Origin: a bacterium
GTDB taxonomy: Bacteria > Eisenbacteria > RBG-16-71-46
DNA: 38,958 nucleotides
Direction: 5' to 3'
NCBI GenBank assembly: GCA_043779265.1
Contig: JAYWEM010000096.1
Location: 1-38,958 of the forward strand
Shown here: positions 1 through 8,458 of the stretch, piece after piece
Position numbering within the stretch: the first letter of the stretch is position 1
Layout of the letters: the number at the start of each line of letters is the position of its first letter
Made by a program: the position numbers and the translations under genes
The notes under the pieces: model-generated
What the model was told of the DNA's origin: nothing
The model's database searches: none
The model's input: the letters and a program-made list of their open reading frames with translations, nothing else

Positions 1-647
1 GCCTTGTTGCCCACACTGATGAAGTGCGAGATCCCGATGTTGAGCTGGGCGGCGTAGTCGAGGATCGCCAGTCCGAGGGCGCCGCTCTGGGATGAGAAGG
101 CCACGTGTCCCCTGGGCGGATACACCGGAGCGAACGTCGCGTCGAGCCGGATCGCCTCGTCGGTGCTCAACACGCCCAGGCAGTTGGGACCGACGAGTCG
201 CATGCCATGGCGGCGAGCGCACTCGAGCAGCGCGAGCTCACGCGCGAGTCCCTCTTCGCCCGTCTCCTTGAAGCCGGCGCTGATGACGACTGCGGCCCGG
301 ACCCCGAACTTGCCGCAGGCCTCGAGGATCGCGGGCACGTGCACGGCCGGCACGACGATCACCGCCAGATCGACCGGCCCGGGAACGTCCTCGATTCGCG
401 CGTACGCTCGCACGGAGTGGACGGAGTCCGCCTTCGGATTGATCGGGTAGACCGGTCCGGTGAACCCGTGCGTGATCAGATTGTGGAAGATCTCGGCGCC
501 GACCGACCCTCGTTCCCTGGACGCGCCGATGACCGCGACCGACCGCGGCCTGAACACGGCATCGAGTCCGTGCACACCCGTGGGGGCTTCGCCGATCGCA
601 GGGCGGTCGATGGCGCGTGCTTCGGTGGGGACTGCAGGCGCTTTCAT
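1..647 (-). CDS. Acetate/acyl-CoA ligase (NDP-forming) family protein, N-terminal part; runs off the window edge
   Basis: Not in the ORF track. Manual translation from ATG 647 (SD-like AGAAGGA) gives LDAVFRPRSVAVIGAS, PVYPINPK, VDLAVIVVP, SAGFKE, RLVGPNCLG, SQSGALG and FISVGNKA, the CoA-binding and ligase motifs of this family. Confidence 0.93.
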   Translation of the reverse strand, partial: MKAPAVPTEARAIDRPAIGEAPTGVHGLDAVFRPRSVAVIGASRERGSVGAEIFHNLITHGFTGPVYPINPKADSVHSVRAYARIEDVPGPVDLAVIVVPAVHVPAILEACGKFGVRAAVVISAGFKETGEEGLARELALLECARRHGMRLVGPNCLGVLSTDEAIRLDATFAPVYPPRGHVAFSSQSGALGLAILDYAAQLNIGISHFISVGNK

Positions 648-811
648 GGATCCTTCTCGCTGAGTGGGTGGGGTGCGGCCATCATCGGCGTCCGGGCGCG
701 GCTCGCGCCAGCACACGGCTTCCCCACCCTAGCGCAACGACGGGCGCTCCCGGCATGGGACCTTGGTCCCATTCGACGGCGCCGCGCTTCAGCGATTCCG
801 GTGCGACGCCG

Positions 812-2250
812 TCACCTCTGCACCACCACTCTCGCCGTGCGCACGACTGAGCCCGCCTCGAGCCTTGCGAAGTAGACGCCCGCACGAACGGCCCGCGAGC
901 CCTGCGGCCGCCACTCCGCCGCATGCCAGCCTGCCGCCAAGGTTCCGTCGATCAACTGCGCCACGTGCCGGCCGGCCAGGTCGAAAATATCGAGCTGCAC
1001 GCGCGAACGTCGCTCGAGCGCGAAGCGCAGTGCAACGTGGCTCCGTGCGGGGTTCGGGAAGGGCGCCAGCAGCGTCACGGCACCGTTTGGCGACTCGACC
1101 GGCTCCAGCCACCGGTCCACAGGTCGCGATCGGCACCGCGGTGATCACGCGGATCTGATCCAGGCTCGAGAGCACATTCGAAGCGAACGTGACCGTGCGG
1201 CGATCGGCCGAGATCTCGATGCTGTCGCCGCCCACGGAACCCGTCAGTTCGGCGCCTCGGCCCGGGAGCCCGTGCGAGTAGTCGACGCCCGCGCCGTGCA
1301 GCAGCGCGTCCGAGGAGTCGAGGCCGGCGTCCGTCACGACCAGGCCCAGCACAATGGTGTCGAACGTCACCGAGCCGCGCGCCTTCGCCGCACCCGAGCC
1401 CGGCGCATCGAGATGCATCATGCGCGAGTCGAGCCAGGTGCCGGGTGCGAGCGTGAGCGGCGTCAACTGACTCGCACTCGTGACGAGCCCACTCTCGCTG
1501 ATCTCGAGCCGAAGCGTCTCACCCGATAGAAGCTGCAGACCGCCTCGCTCCTTGAACACCGACAGCGTGTCGGCGCTCTCCACTGCTCCCTCGGCGAGCG
1601 AGGTCGGTTAGCTTCGCACGCGAAGCGCGCCCGAGGTGGCGATCGGTCCCGCGGCGATCCCCACCTGGAAGTCCGGATGGATCGAGCCGGGCTCCGCGCC
1701 CTTGGTGCCCCCCGCCCCACCCGCAACGCGGATCTGCGAGAGGGAGAATCCATTCCAGCACAGGCTCTCGACCGTCACGCGTCCGCCACCGCCGCCGCCG
1801 TTCCACCCCGGCCCGCCACTCGCGTCGATCGCGCCCGAGCCGCTGATCACGCCCGCGTTCACGCGGATGCTGCCGCCTTCGGCGCCGCCCGGCGAGTACG
1901 TGGGGGTGATCGTCCTCGCACTGTCGCCGCGCGCGCTCACGCGGCCACCCACTCGGATCTCGCCGGCGACATCCAGCCGTAGCACGCCGCCGCCGTTCGA
2001 GAACGAGAGCCCCGAACGGCCGCCGCCGCTGCCGAGGTCCACCGGGAACACCGGGGAGCCGTAGGTCGGCCCACTCGCCGTCGCACCGGCATTCGCGCCT
2101 CGCCCGGCGTGGCTGCCCCCGGCCGCGGGCGAGCCATTCGCTCCTCGGCCCGGGCCCGTGGCGATCGGATACCGACAGCCGTCCACCGACAGTGCCGCTC
2201 CCGCCTCCACAAGCAGGTCGCCGGCCACTGTGACATGGAGCGGCGATCCG
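812..2250 (-). pseudogene. Degraded secreted Gly-rich surface protein with FlgD-Ig/T9SS-like C-terminal domain; 5'-truncated, in-frame stop and frameshift
   Basis: The Gly-rich part of ORF 1608..2966 (YGSPVFPVDLGSGGG, GGGVLRL, GGSIRV, GGGGGRV) continues in the same frame past a single TAA (1608-1610) into ORF 789..1583. It then shifts frame near 1125 into ORF 812..1120 (PFPNP...DIFDLAGR...GVYFARL). No start or signal peptide remains. Confidence 0.78.
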
Positions 2251-2255
2251 ATGGC

Positions 2256-3023
2256 GACACTCACTCGGTCGAGGCGGTGACGGCGATCGCCGGCGTGCGC
2301 TGGTACGAGGTGCGGGACCCCGGCGGCACGCCGTTCGTGTACCAGCAGGGCACCTATGCTCCGGGTGCGAGCGATGGCGTGCATCGCTGGAACGCCGACC
2401 TGGCGATGGATGCGGTGGGCAACATGGGGGTGGGCTACAGCGTCTCGAACGCGTCCGTCTTCCCCGGCGTGCGCTACACCGGGCGGCTGGCGGCCGATCC
2501 GCTCGGCACGCTGCCCGAGAGCGAGGGCATCATCGTGAACGGAGTGGGCATCCAGACCAACACCTCGAATCACTGGGGGCACTACTCGTCGATGAACGTG
2601 GACCCGAGCGACGACTGCACGTTCTGGTATGTCAATCAGTACTACCCGGCGAGCTCGACATTCGGCTGGCGACTGCGCGTGGGCACGTTCCGCTTCCCCA
2701 ACTGCGTCAGCACCACGTCCACGCCGGCCACCGGCACTGGGACCGGCCCCTCGAAGCTGGCGCCGATCGGCGCCGTTCGCGGTCCGGTGAGCATCCGCTT
2801 CACGCTCTCCGGCACCGAGGCCCGCCCCGTGACGCTCGAGTTGATCGACGTGGCCGGCCGCCGCATCCGCACGATCCTCGCCTCGACACTGACGGGAGGC
2901 GAACACCAAGTGCAATGGGACGGCGCGAACACCGCCGGGGACCGAGTGCGCCCCGGTGTCTACCACGTGCGCCTGCGCTCGGGTGATGAGCGGGAGTCTC
3001 AGCCGGTGATGCTGTTGGACTGA
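2256..3023 (+). pseudogene. 5'-truncated remnant of a secreted RWGDY-type (probable beta-propeller) protein with FlgD-Ig-like C-terminal domain
   Basis: Recognisable sequence begins abruptly at THSV..AGVRWYE, then NHWGHYSSMNVDPSDDCTFWY and a C-terminal LIDVAGRRIR..WDG..PGVY domain. The upstream part of ORF 2109..3023 is antisense to the neighbouring remnant; no signal peptide or RBS. Confidence 0.72.
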
Positions 3024-3053
3024 GAGATCCCCGCTCGTGCGACCCGGGATCTC
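3024..3053. terminator. Hairpin between convergent genes, possible terminator
   Basis: GAGATCCC (3024-3031) pairs with GGGATCTC (3046-3053) between the stops at 3023 and 3057; no U-tract. Confidence 0.4.
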
Positions 3054-3056
3054 GAG

Positions 3057-4436
3057 TCAGTTGCCCGCCACCGTCACCGTCCCCACGCTGGCCTGCACCA
3101 TCATCGGCCGTGAGATCACGGTGCCGGCGAGCACCGAATAGCTCCCTGCGAACACCGAGAGCACGGCATTCGCAGGCACGGCGTTGGTACCCTCGAGGAA
3201 CGTGTTCCAGGGGCGCATGAGCGTGCCGCCCTCGGTCATCGGCATCGGGTGATTGTTGTCCACGTGCGTCGTGCCGGCGCCCAGGAAACCGTTGATCACA
3301 TTCTCCAGCGCATCCACCTCGAACGACGTCCCGGCGTTGGCGCCTCCGGTTGTCGTGCAGCCGGCATTCGTGTGGATGCCGAAACAGACGTTCGAAGTCT
3401 CCCAGATGACGGGCCCCCCCGAGTTGCCGCGCTCGGTGTCGACCGCGTAGTCCAGACGGATGTCGAGACCGGCCGCGACCTCACCAGCGAACGGCCCGGT
3501 GCTTGTCTGATTCGTCTGATTGGTCACACCGACATCGGTTCCGAACCCAGTGACGCGAGTGAGTGCATTCACGACTGGCAGCTCTCGTGTGATCCGGAAG
3601 GGCAGGCCGTACACCTGATGCGGCAGCAGGCCGGAGTTGGCATTGGCATTCACGCGGAACACGCACCAGTCCTTGCCCAACCCCTGCCCGGTTCCATCGA
3701 AGCGCCACTGGACGTTGTTCAAGTTGATCGGGAACTGGTCCTGCGGGGCGGCGGCCACCATCGTGCCGTTCGCCTGTGAGGCCGGGACGTTGAACTCGAC
3801 GACGCCGCTCAGGTCGAGGATCCCGTCAGGCAACATCGGGCCACCCTGGTCGGGATCGAGGTCCGCGCAGTGGCCCGCCGTCAGGAAGGCGCCATTGCCG
3901 ATGCGCCATGCGGTGCAGCCGATGTTGAAGATGCGCGCGACCCGATTGTCCGTCGAGGCCACACGGTCGTCGACGGTGCCACACTGCGACTCGGGCTCCG
4001 GAGGCATTCCCACGCCCACGATGGCGCCACGTACTCTCGCCACCACGGCCCGATCGCCCGGCGCCACGATGAGCTTCACGTCGACCCGGTCGCCATTGAA
4101 CACGGCCGACGTGTTCCCCCAGTCCTCGAGCGCGCGGGCATCGAACTGCTGCCAGTCCTGATTCCAATTGGAGCGGATCAGGATGCGACTCGAATCACCG
4201 AGTGAGCACTCGCCGAACACGACGCGCAGCCAGGGAGCCCCCGGCATCTCGATCGCGCCGAGGTCGACCTCGCGCGCGCCCTCACCGGCCTCGCCATCGA
4301 CGAGCCCCGAGGAGCGCGTCACGACCGTCGTGCGCCACAGCGGCGCCTGGCCGCTCGCCACCGCAATGCTCTCCGCTCCGAACGTCGCCACAACGACCAT
4401 CCACGCGATGCTGCAAGCCGAACGTGCTCTCATCAC
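3057..4436 (-). CDS. Secreted trypsin-like (S1) serine protease with N-terminal pro-region and short C-terminal 'PWNT' module
   Basis: Signal-like N-terminus; triad motifs CTAW..FLTAGHC (His), GKDWC (Asp), GNSGGP (Ser); QCGTVDDR at the likely pro/mature junction. Start overlaps the upstream stop. Confidence 0.9.
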   Translation of the reverse strand: MMRARSACSIAWMVVVATFGAESIAVASGQAPLWRTTVVTRSSGLVDGEAGEGAREVDLGAIEMPGAPWLRVVFGECSLGDSSRILIRSNWNQDWQQFDARALEDWGNTSAVFNGDRVDVKLIVAPGDRAVVARVRGAIVGVGMPPEPESQCGTVDDRVASTDNRVARIFNIGCTAWRIGNGAFLTAGHCADLDPDQGGPMLPDGILDLSGVVEFNVPASQANGTMVAAAPQDQFPINLNNVQWRFDGTGQGLGKDWCVFRVNANANSGLLPHQVYGLPFRITRELPVVNALTRVTGFGTDVGVTNQTNQTSTGPFAGEVAAGLDIRLDYAVDTERGNSGGPVIWETSNVCFGIHTNAGCTTTGGANAGTSFEVDALENVINGFLGAGTTHVDNNHPMPMTEGGTLMRPWNTFLEGTNAVPANAVLSVFAGSYSVLAGTVISRPMMVQASVGTVTVAGN

Positions 4437-6292
4437 GGCCCCCTCAGTTCCACAGTGCCACCGTCGGCGAAGACCATCATCGGCTTCGTGATCAAGCCAC
4501 CGTTGGTGTACACGCCCGCCTTCATCACCAGGTCGTTCCCCGGAAATGCGTCATTCACGGCCTCGCTGACGGTGTTCCACGGTCGCTGGGTCGTGCCGAA
4601 CTCGGAACCGAAGTGGGCGACGTCCGCATACACGGCGCGCGGCATGTAGCCGCACCAGAAGCGGAAGTCGCTGCCGTTCTCGCCGCCCCGGTTCGAGGCG
4701 TACATCCCGAAGTACCAGAAGCCCTGCGAGATCGGATCGACCGTGGCACCCGAGTAGTCGCCCCAACGATGCAGCGTCGTGGGCAGATCGGTGGTCGGAT
4801 GGCCCACGTACGCGGTGCCGGCCTGCACCGCGATGCTGGGGCCGAACGCGGGATCGTCCGCCGTGCGCGTTGCGAATCGGTAGTTCGCGAACTCGCCGGA
4901 GCCGGAGCGGCAATAGCCGAGGCCGAACTGGCCTCGCGAGTTCACTGCCACGTTGGGCCAGAAGTGGTAGTTGGCGCCGTCGGTGTAGTCGGACACCCAG
5001 GCCAGAGAGACCGTTGGCCACACGACGCTCAGGTGCACGACGCGCGCCGCACTCTGGGCTCCGCTTCCCACCGTGAGCGGCATCGTCAGTGTGTTGTTCC
5101 GGAAGTACAGACCCAGTTGACCCGCCCCGAAGTTGTCCGCCTGCAGCCGCGCGGGGCCTCCCGATTGCTGCGGGTTGGTGAAACCCGGCGGCGGCGTCGT
5201 GTCCACGGTGCGCCGCGTGAGCGTCGGGCCACCGACCGGAAAATTGCCGGGGAGGCTCACGCCCCACACGCTGATGCGCACGGTATTGGGCGGCGCGACC
5301 ACGCTCTGCCAGGCGGTCATGAACCCATCCACGCCGCCCGCCGGGATGTTGTGCACCTGCGCGACGCGTGTCAGGAACACCGGCTGGCTCGACTCCCCGA
5401 TGACATCACCATAGGTCCAGATGGTGACGGCCTGTCCGGCCACGAGAGCGGTCTTGTCCAGCACCCAGAGGGCATTGGAGTGGTTCGCCGTCGCCGGCGG
5501 AAGAGCGGCCCAGTCCGAGAACGAGATGTAGTTCCCCGTCAGATAGACCGCGCGCGGACCGAAGCCGAGATCTTCGTAGTCGATGCCCTCGCCATCCCAC
5601 TGGTTGGCCATCTGCCCGTAGACATACCAGCCCTGATTCGGATTGCTCGTGATGGAAACCGCGAGTGACCACACGGACTGACGGGCGTTCGGATGGATGT
5701 CGATCGCCATGAGATAGAAACGATTCGTGCCCTCGTCGAACACGACCTTGGGGTCGAAGTGGCCCTTCCAGTTGGCGGTGGCCCCGAGGAGCCCATCGAG
5801 ACTCGAGGTCCAGGTGCGCGTGCCCTGCTTGTCGTAGATGGACACGGTCGAGTTGAACGCGGCGACAAGGTGGGCCGGGCCCGCCGCGATCGTGCAGTCC
5901 CCTGGGACCCACCCGGCCACCTCCTGCACCGTGAAGTTCGTGGTCATGCGTGGCTGATAGGCGTACACCGCCTGGGTCGACTGGCGCGCGAGCGGTCCGT
6001 CGGAGGGCCTGGCGGAGTAAGCGGGCATGAGCGCTCCCAGCGCGCGCTCGGCGTACTCGGGCGAGTCGTTGGGCAGCGGCCATGATGGCTTGGGCTTGCC
6101 CGATGGGACCCGGAATCCATTGAAGCTCGGATCGAAGATCGCCAGTTGCCTCATCTCGACATCGCTCACCACTCGAGGCGTCACGGTGCGCAGCACCGGT
6201 GCCGCGTCGGGCGTCTGCGCGCGAGCATCCCGCACGCCGACCACGGCGAGCACAGCTGTGGTCAGCAGCGCCAATGGGAGAAACGCTCTCAT
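4433..6292 (-). CDS. Secreted RWGDY-type protein (probable beta-propeller) with C-terminal 'PWNT' module
   Basis: Signal peptide ending ARA-Q; motifs PGDCTIAAGP, FDPKVVFD, DYEDLG and HRWGDYSGATVDP; 619 aa; ATGA overlap with the upstream gene. Confidence 0.82.
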   Translation of the reverse strand: MRAFLPLALLTTAVLAVVGVRDARAQTPDAAPVLRTVTPRVVSDVEMRQLAIFDPSFNGFRVPSGKPKPSWPLPNDSPEYAERALGALMPAYSARPSDGPLARQSTQAVYAYQPRMTTNFTVQEVAGWVPGDCTIAAGPAHLVAAFNSTVSIYDKQGTRTWTSSLDGLLGATANWKGHFDPKVVFDEGTNRFYLMAIDIHPNARQSVWSLAVSITSNPNQGWYVYGQMANQWDGEGIDYEDLGFGPRAVYLTGNYISFSDWAALPPATANHSNALWVLDKTALVAGQAVTIWTYGDVIGESSQPVFLTRVAQVHNIPAGGVDGFMTAWQSVVAPPNTVRISVWGVSLPGNFPVGGPTLTRRTVDTTPPPGFTNPQQSGGPARLQADNFGAGQLGLYFRNNTLTMPLTVGSGAQSAARVVHLSVVWPTVSLAWVSDYTDGANYHFWPNVAVNSRGQFGLGYCRSGSGEFANYRFATRTADDPAFGPSIAVQAGTAYVGHPTTDLPTTLHRWGDYSGATVDPISQGFWYFGMYASNRGGENGSDFRFWCGYMPRAVYADVAHFGSEFGTTQRPWNTVSEAVNDAFPGNDLVMKAGVYTNGGLITKPMMVFADGGTVELRGP

Positions 6293-7740
6293 TGCAGGCT
6301 CACCAAGACGAGCACCATGCCGGTGCCGGACTCGAGCGCCGTCATCGCCTTGCCGAGCACCGCGCCGGGGGCACGGTCACGGTCCGACGCCTTCATCGCA
6401 TGTCCGGCGCGAGCCGACGTGGTGAGCAGATCGCCTGCTGAGATCGGCGCATCGGTGGCATCACACTTCACCCAGACGCGGCCGGTCAGGGCCACGGCAG
6501 CCGTGCCCTCGATACGCTCGTCCTTGCTGAGGATGACGCCCGCACTCAGATCGTTCGCGCCACTCACGACGCCCGCGACACGGTGCGAGTACGCCTCGTC
6601 GGACGTGCGCAGATGTCCGACCTGCGCCGGATCGATCGTCAGCACCGTGCCGGGCTCGGGGTTGCCGGCCACATCGAATCGCTCGGCGAGGTCGGCGCCA
6701 CCCACGATCTGCAGCGTCTTGACCCGCACGAGCCCCGCCGTGGCGTCGATCGCGATGCCGCCCGAGGGGCACGAGAACCGGCCGGCAGGCTTGGTGATGC
6801 TGGGCGAGGACGCGTAGATGCCCTCGTTGGGCGTCCCCAGGATCCCGTAGGTGCCCGCGCTCTTGCACTCGCCCGTGACTCCCCAGTTGGTCTGGCTCTC
6901 TCCCGACACGCCACGATCGTCCGTCGAACTGGCGTAGATACCGTTCGAGTTCGCGCTTCCGGTCAGTCCATGCACGTACAACGCCGCGCGGATGCCCGGC
7001 GTGAAGACGCTGCCGGTGGAGACGAACCGTCCGGCGGGGCCGACATTGTTCGCGGCGTCCACGGGATAGACCGGATTCGACATCTTGAACCCGAAGTTGC
7101 CCGCTGAGTAGTGCCTGTCGCTCCACTCGTCGTAGAGGCCGAACCCGCCGACGGCGTCGTTCTGAACGGCGAGTGCGGCGTAGTTGATGTTGTTGTTCTT
7201 GAGCCACAGCGGGTTGCCGCTGGCGCCGGAATCGATCATCAGTCTGCGGTCGACACGTGAAGCGGTACCGATTCCCACGTTCCCCGGATGAGTGATGCCG
7301 AACGTGTCGTTCGTCCACTGGCCGCCGCCCCCGCCGCCCGGCGCACTCAGTGCGTGCAGAGCGTAAGGGGCAGCGGCGAGCAACTGACGCGGCGCGAGCA
7401 GCGTGTAGTCGATCTCCTCGGCGGTCAGCACCTGCATCTCGAGCCACAGCGCCGTACCATCGAACACGCTGCCGAAGTCGAGCTCGACGGTGAACAATCC
7501 CTCGGTCACGACCACGCCTGACAGCGTCACATCGGCGCCCACCTGGTTGCCGGCAGCCGGATCGTCGAAGAGGCGGAAGAGCATCTCGGCTGTGCCGGCG
7601 TGGGGTGCTGCGTCCTTCTGCAGCTTGCCCTGGTAAGTGAAGTTGGTGCCGACAGGCGCGGCCGAGGAGATCGAGACTGCACAGCAGGCCGCGATCGCGA
7701 TCATCGCCGCGGCACGGAACATCCGATCGAGTCTGGACAT
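6289..7740 (-). CDS. Secreted tail-fibre-like protein: FTYQG-type N-terminal domain, fibre repeats, C-terminal peptidase G2-like intramolecular chaperone
   Basis: True start is likely ATG 7740 (SD GGGAG, followed by a signal peptide); 483 aa. NFTYQGKL..FRLFD..GLFTVELDFG..LWLE..PYALHA, a GNVGIGT fibre motif, and GADLAERF..VAGVVS..VALTGRV.VK..GDLLTTS..GHAM..LGKA at the C-terminus. Confidence 0.85.
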   Translation of the reverse strand: MSRLDRMFRAAAMIAIAACCAVSISSAAPVGTNFTYQGKLQKDAAPHAGTAEMLFRLFDDPAAGNQVGADVTLSGVVVTEGLFTVELDFGSVFDGTALWLEMQVLTAEEIDYTLLAPRQLLAAAPYALHALSAPGGGGGGQWTNDTFGITHPGNVGIGTASRVDRRLMIDSGASGNPLWLKNNNINYAALAVQNDAVGGFGLYDEWSDRHYSAGNFGFKMSNPVYPVDAANNVGPAGRFVSTGSVFTPGIRAALYVHGLTGSANSNGIYASSTDDRGVSGESQTNWGVTGECKSAGTYGILGTPNEGIYASSPSITKPAGRFSCPSGGIAIDATAGLVRVKTLQIVGGADLAERFDVAGNPEPGTVLTIDPAQVGHLRTSDEAYSHRVAGVVSGANDLSAGVILSKDERIEGTAAVALTGRVWVKCDATDAPISAGDLLTTSARAGHAMKASDRDRAPGAVLGKAMTALESGTGMVLVLVSLQ

Positions 7741-7768
7741 GGAGAACTCCCGTGAGTGAGGCGTTGAA

Positions 7769-8335
7769 TCAGCGAATGCGAATGAGTCGGAGCGTTGCGT
7801 GGGAATCACCGGCGCGGACCTTGGCGAAGTACATGCCCGGCCCGACCGGGTGGCCGTCGGCGTCGGCGCCATCCCAGATGGCGGTATGGCGCCCGGCACC
7901 CCTCGCGCCATCGACGAGGCGGCGGACGAGCCGGCCATCGACGCCGAAGAGCGCGACGCTCGCCTCGCGTGCCGAGGGCAGGTCGAACTGGATCGACGTG
8001 GAACCGCGGAACGGATTCCCCCCCGAGAGTCGCGCGGCGAACACGAGCGGGACGCCGCCCGGGTTCGTGCCGATCGACGTCGTCGGAGTCGAGGCCGGAT
8101 GCCAGAACCCGCCCGAGAGCGAGTAGGCGCCGCCCGCGAGCGAGCCGGCGTCAGCCTGGCCCGTCGTGCCGCCCACCGAGTAAGCGCCGCCGGTCGCGAA
8201 TGTCTGGCCGCCACCCGTGAGCGTGTTCCACTCGAGGTTGTAGGCGCCGCCCGACTGGGCATGGGCGAGGCTAGGCACCCCGAAGGCGAGAGTGGCGAGC
8301 AGGAGCAGTGGGCGAAGGGCGGTGGGCGGTCGCAT
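7769..8335 (-). CDS. Small secreted protein: Gly-rich 'GGFW' domain plus FlgD-Ig-like C-terminal domain
   Basis: SD GAGGAG; signal peptide ending AHA-Q; QSGGAYNLEWNTLTGGG..GQADAG..YSLSGGFW; then NPFRGST..GRLVRRL..WDG..PGMYF. Confidence 0.85.
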   Translation of the reverse strand: MRPPTALRPLLLLATLAFGVPSLAHAQSGGAYNLEWNTLTGGGQTFATGGAYSVGGTTGQADAGSLAGGAYSLSGGFWHPASTPTTSIGTNPGGVPLVFAARLSGGNPFRGSTSIQFDLPSAREASVALFGVDGRLVRRLVDGARGAGRHTAIWDGADADGHPVGPGMYFAKVRAGDSHATLRLIRIR

Positions 8336-8458
8336 ACGGTCGACTCCTCGGGGACAGAGCGCGGGGATCGAGTCCCCTCACTTCATCCAACCGCCCGAGC
8401 CCATCCGACCGCACACGCGAAATCGAGCAGGAGTCCTAGCGAGCCCCGCCTCGCGTCA

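Noticed and set aside
1608..1610. Programmed stop read-through (Sec/Pyl) in the Gly-rich gene
   Set aside because: The stop is TAA, not TGA or TAG, and the gene has other lesions; decay is the simpler explanation.
2260..2966. N-terminal half of ORF 1608..2966 as a real protein
   Set aside because: It is the antisense shadow of the plus-strand RWGDY/CTD remnant.
7741..8262. N-terminal extension of ORF 6289..8262
   Set aside because: Arg/Ser-rich off-frame read of gene 7769..8335; the SD and signal peptide point to ATG 7740.
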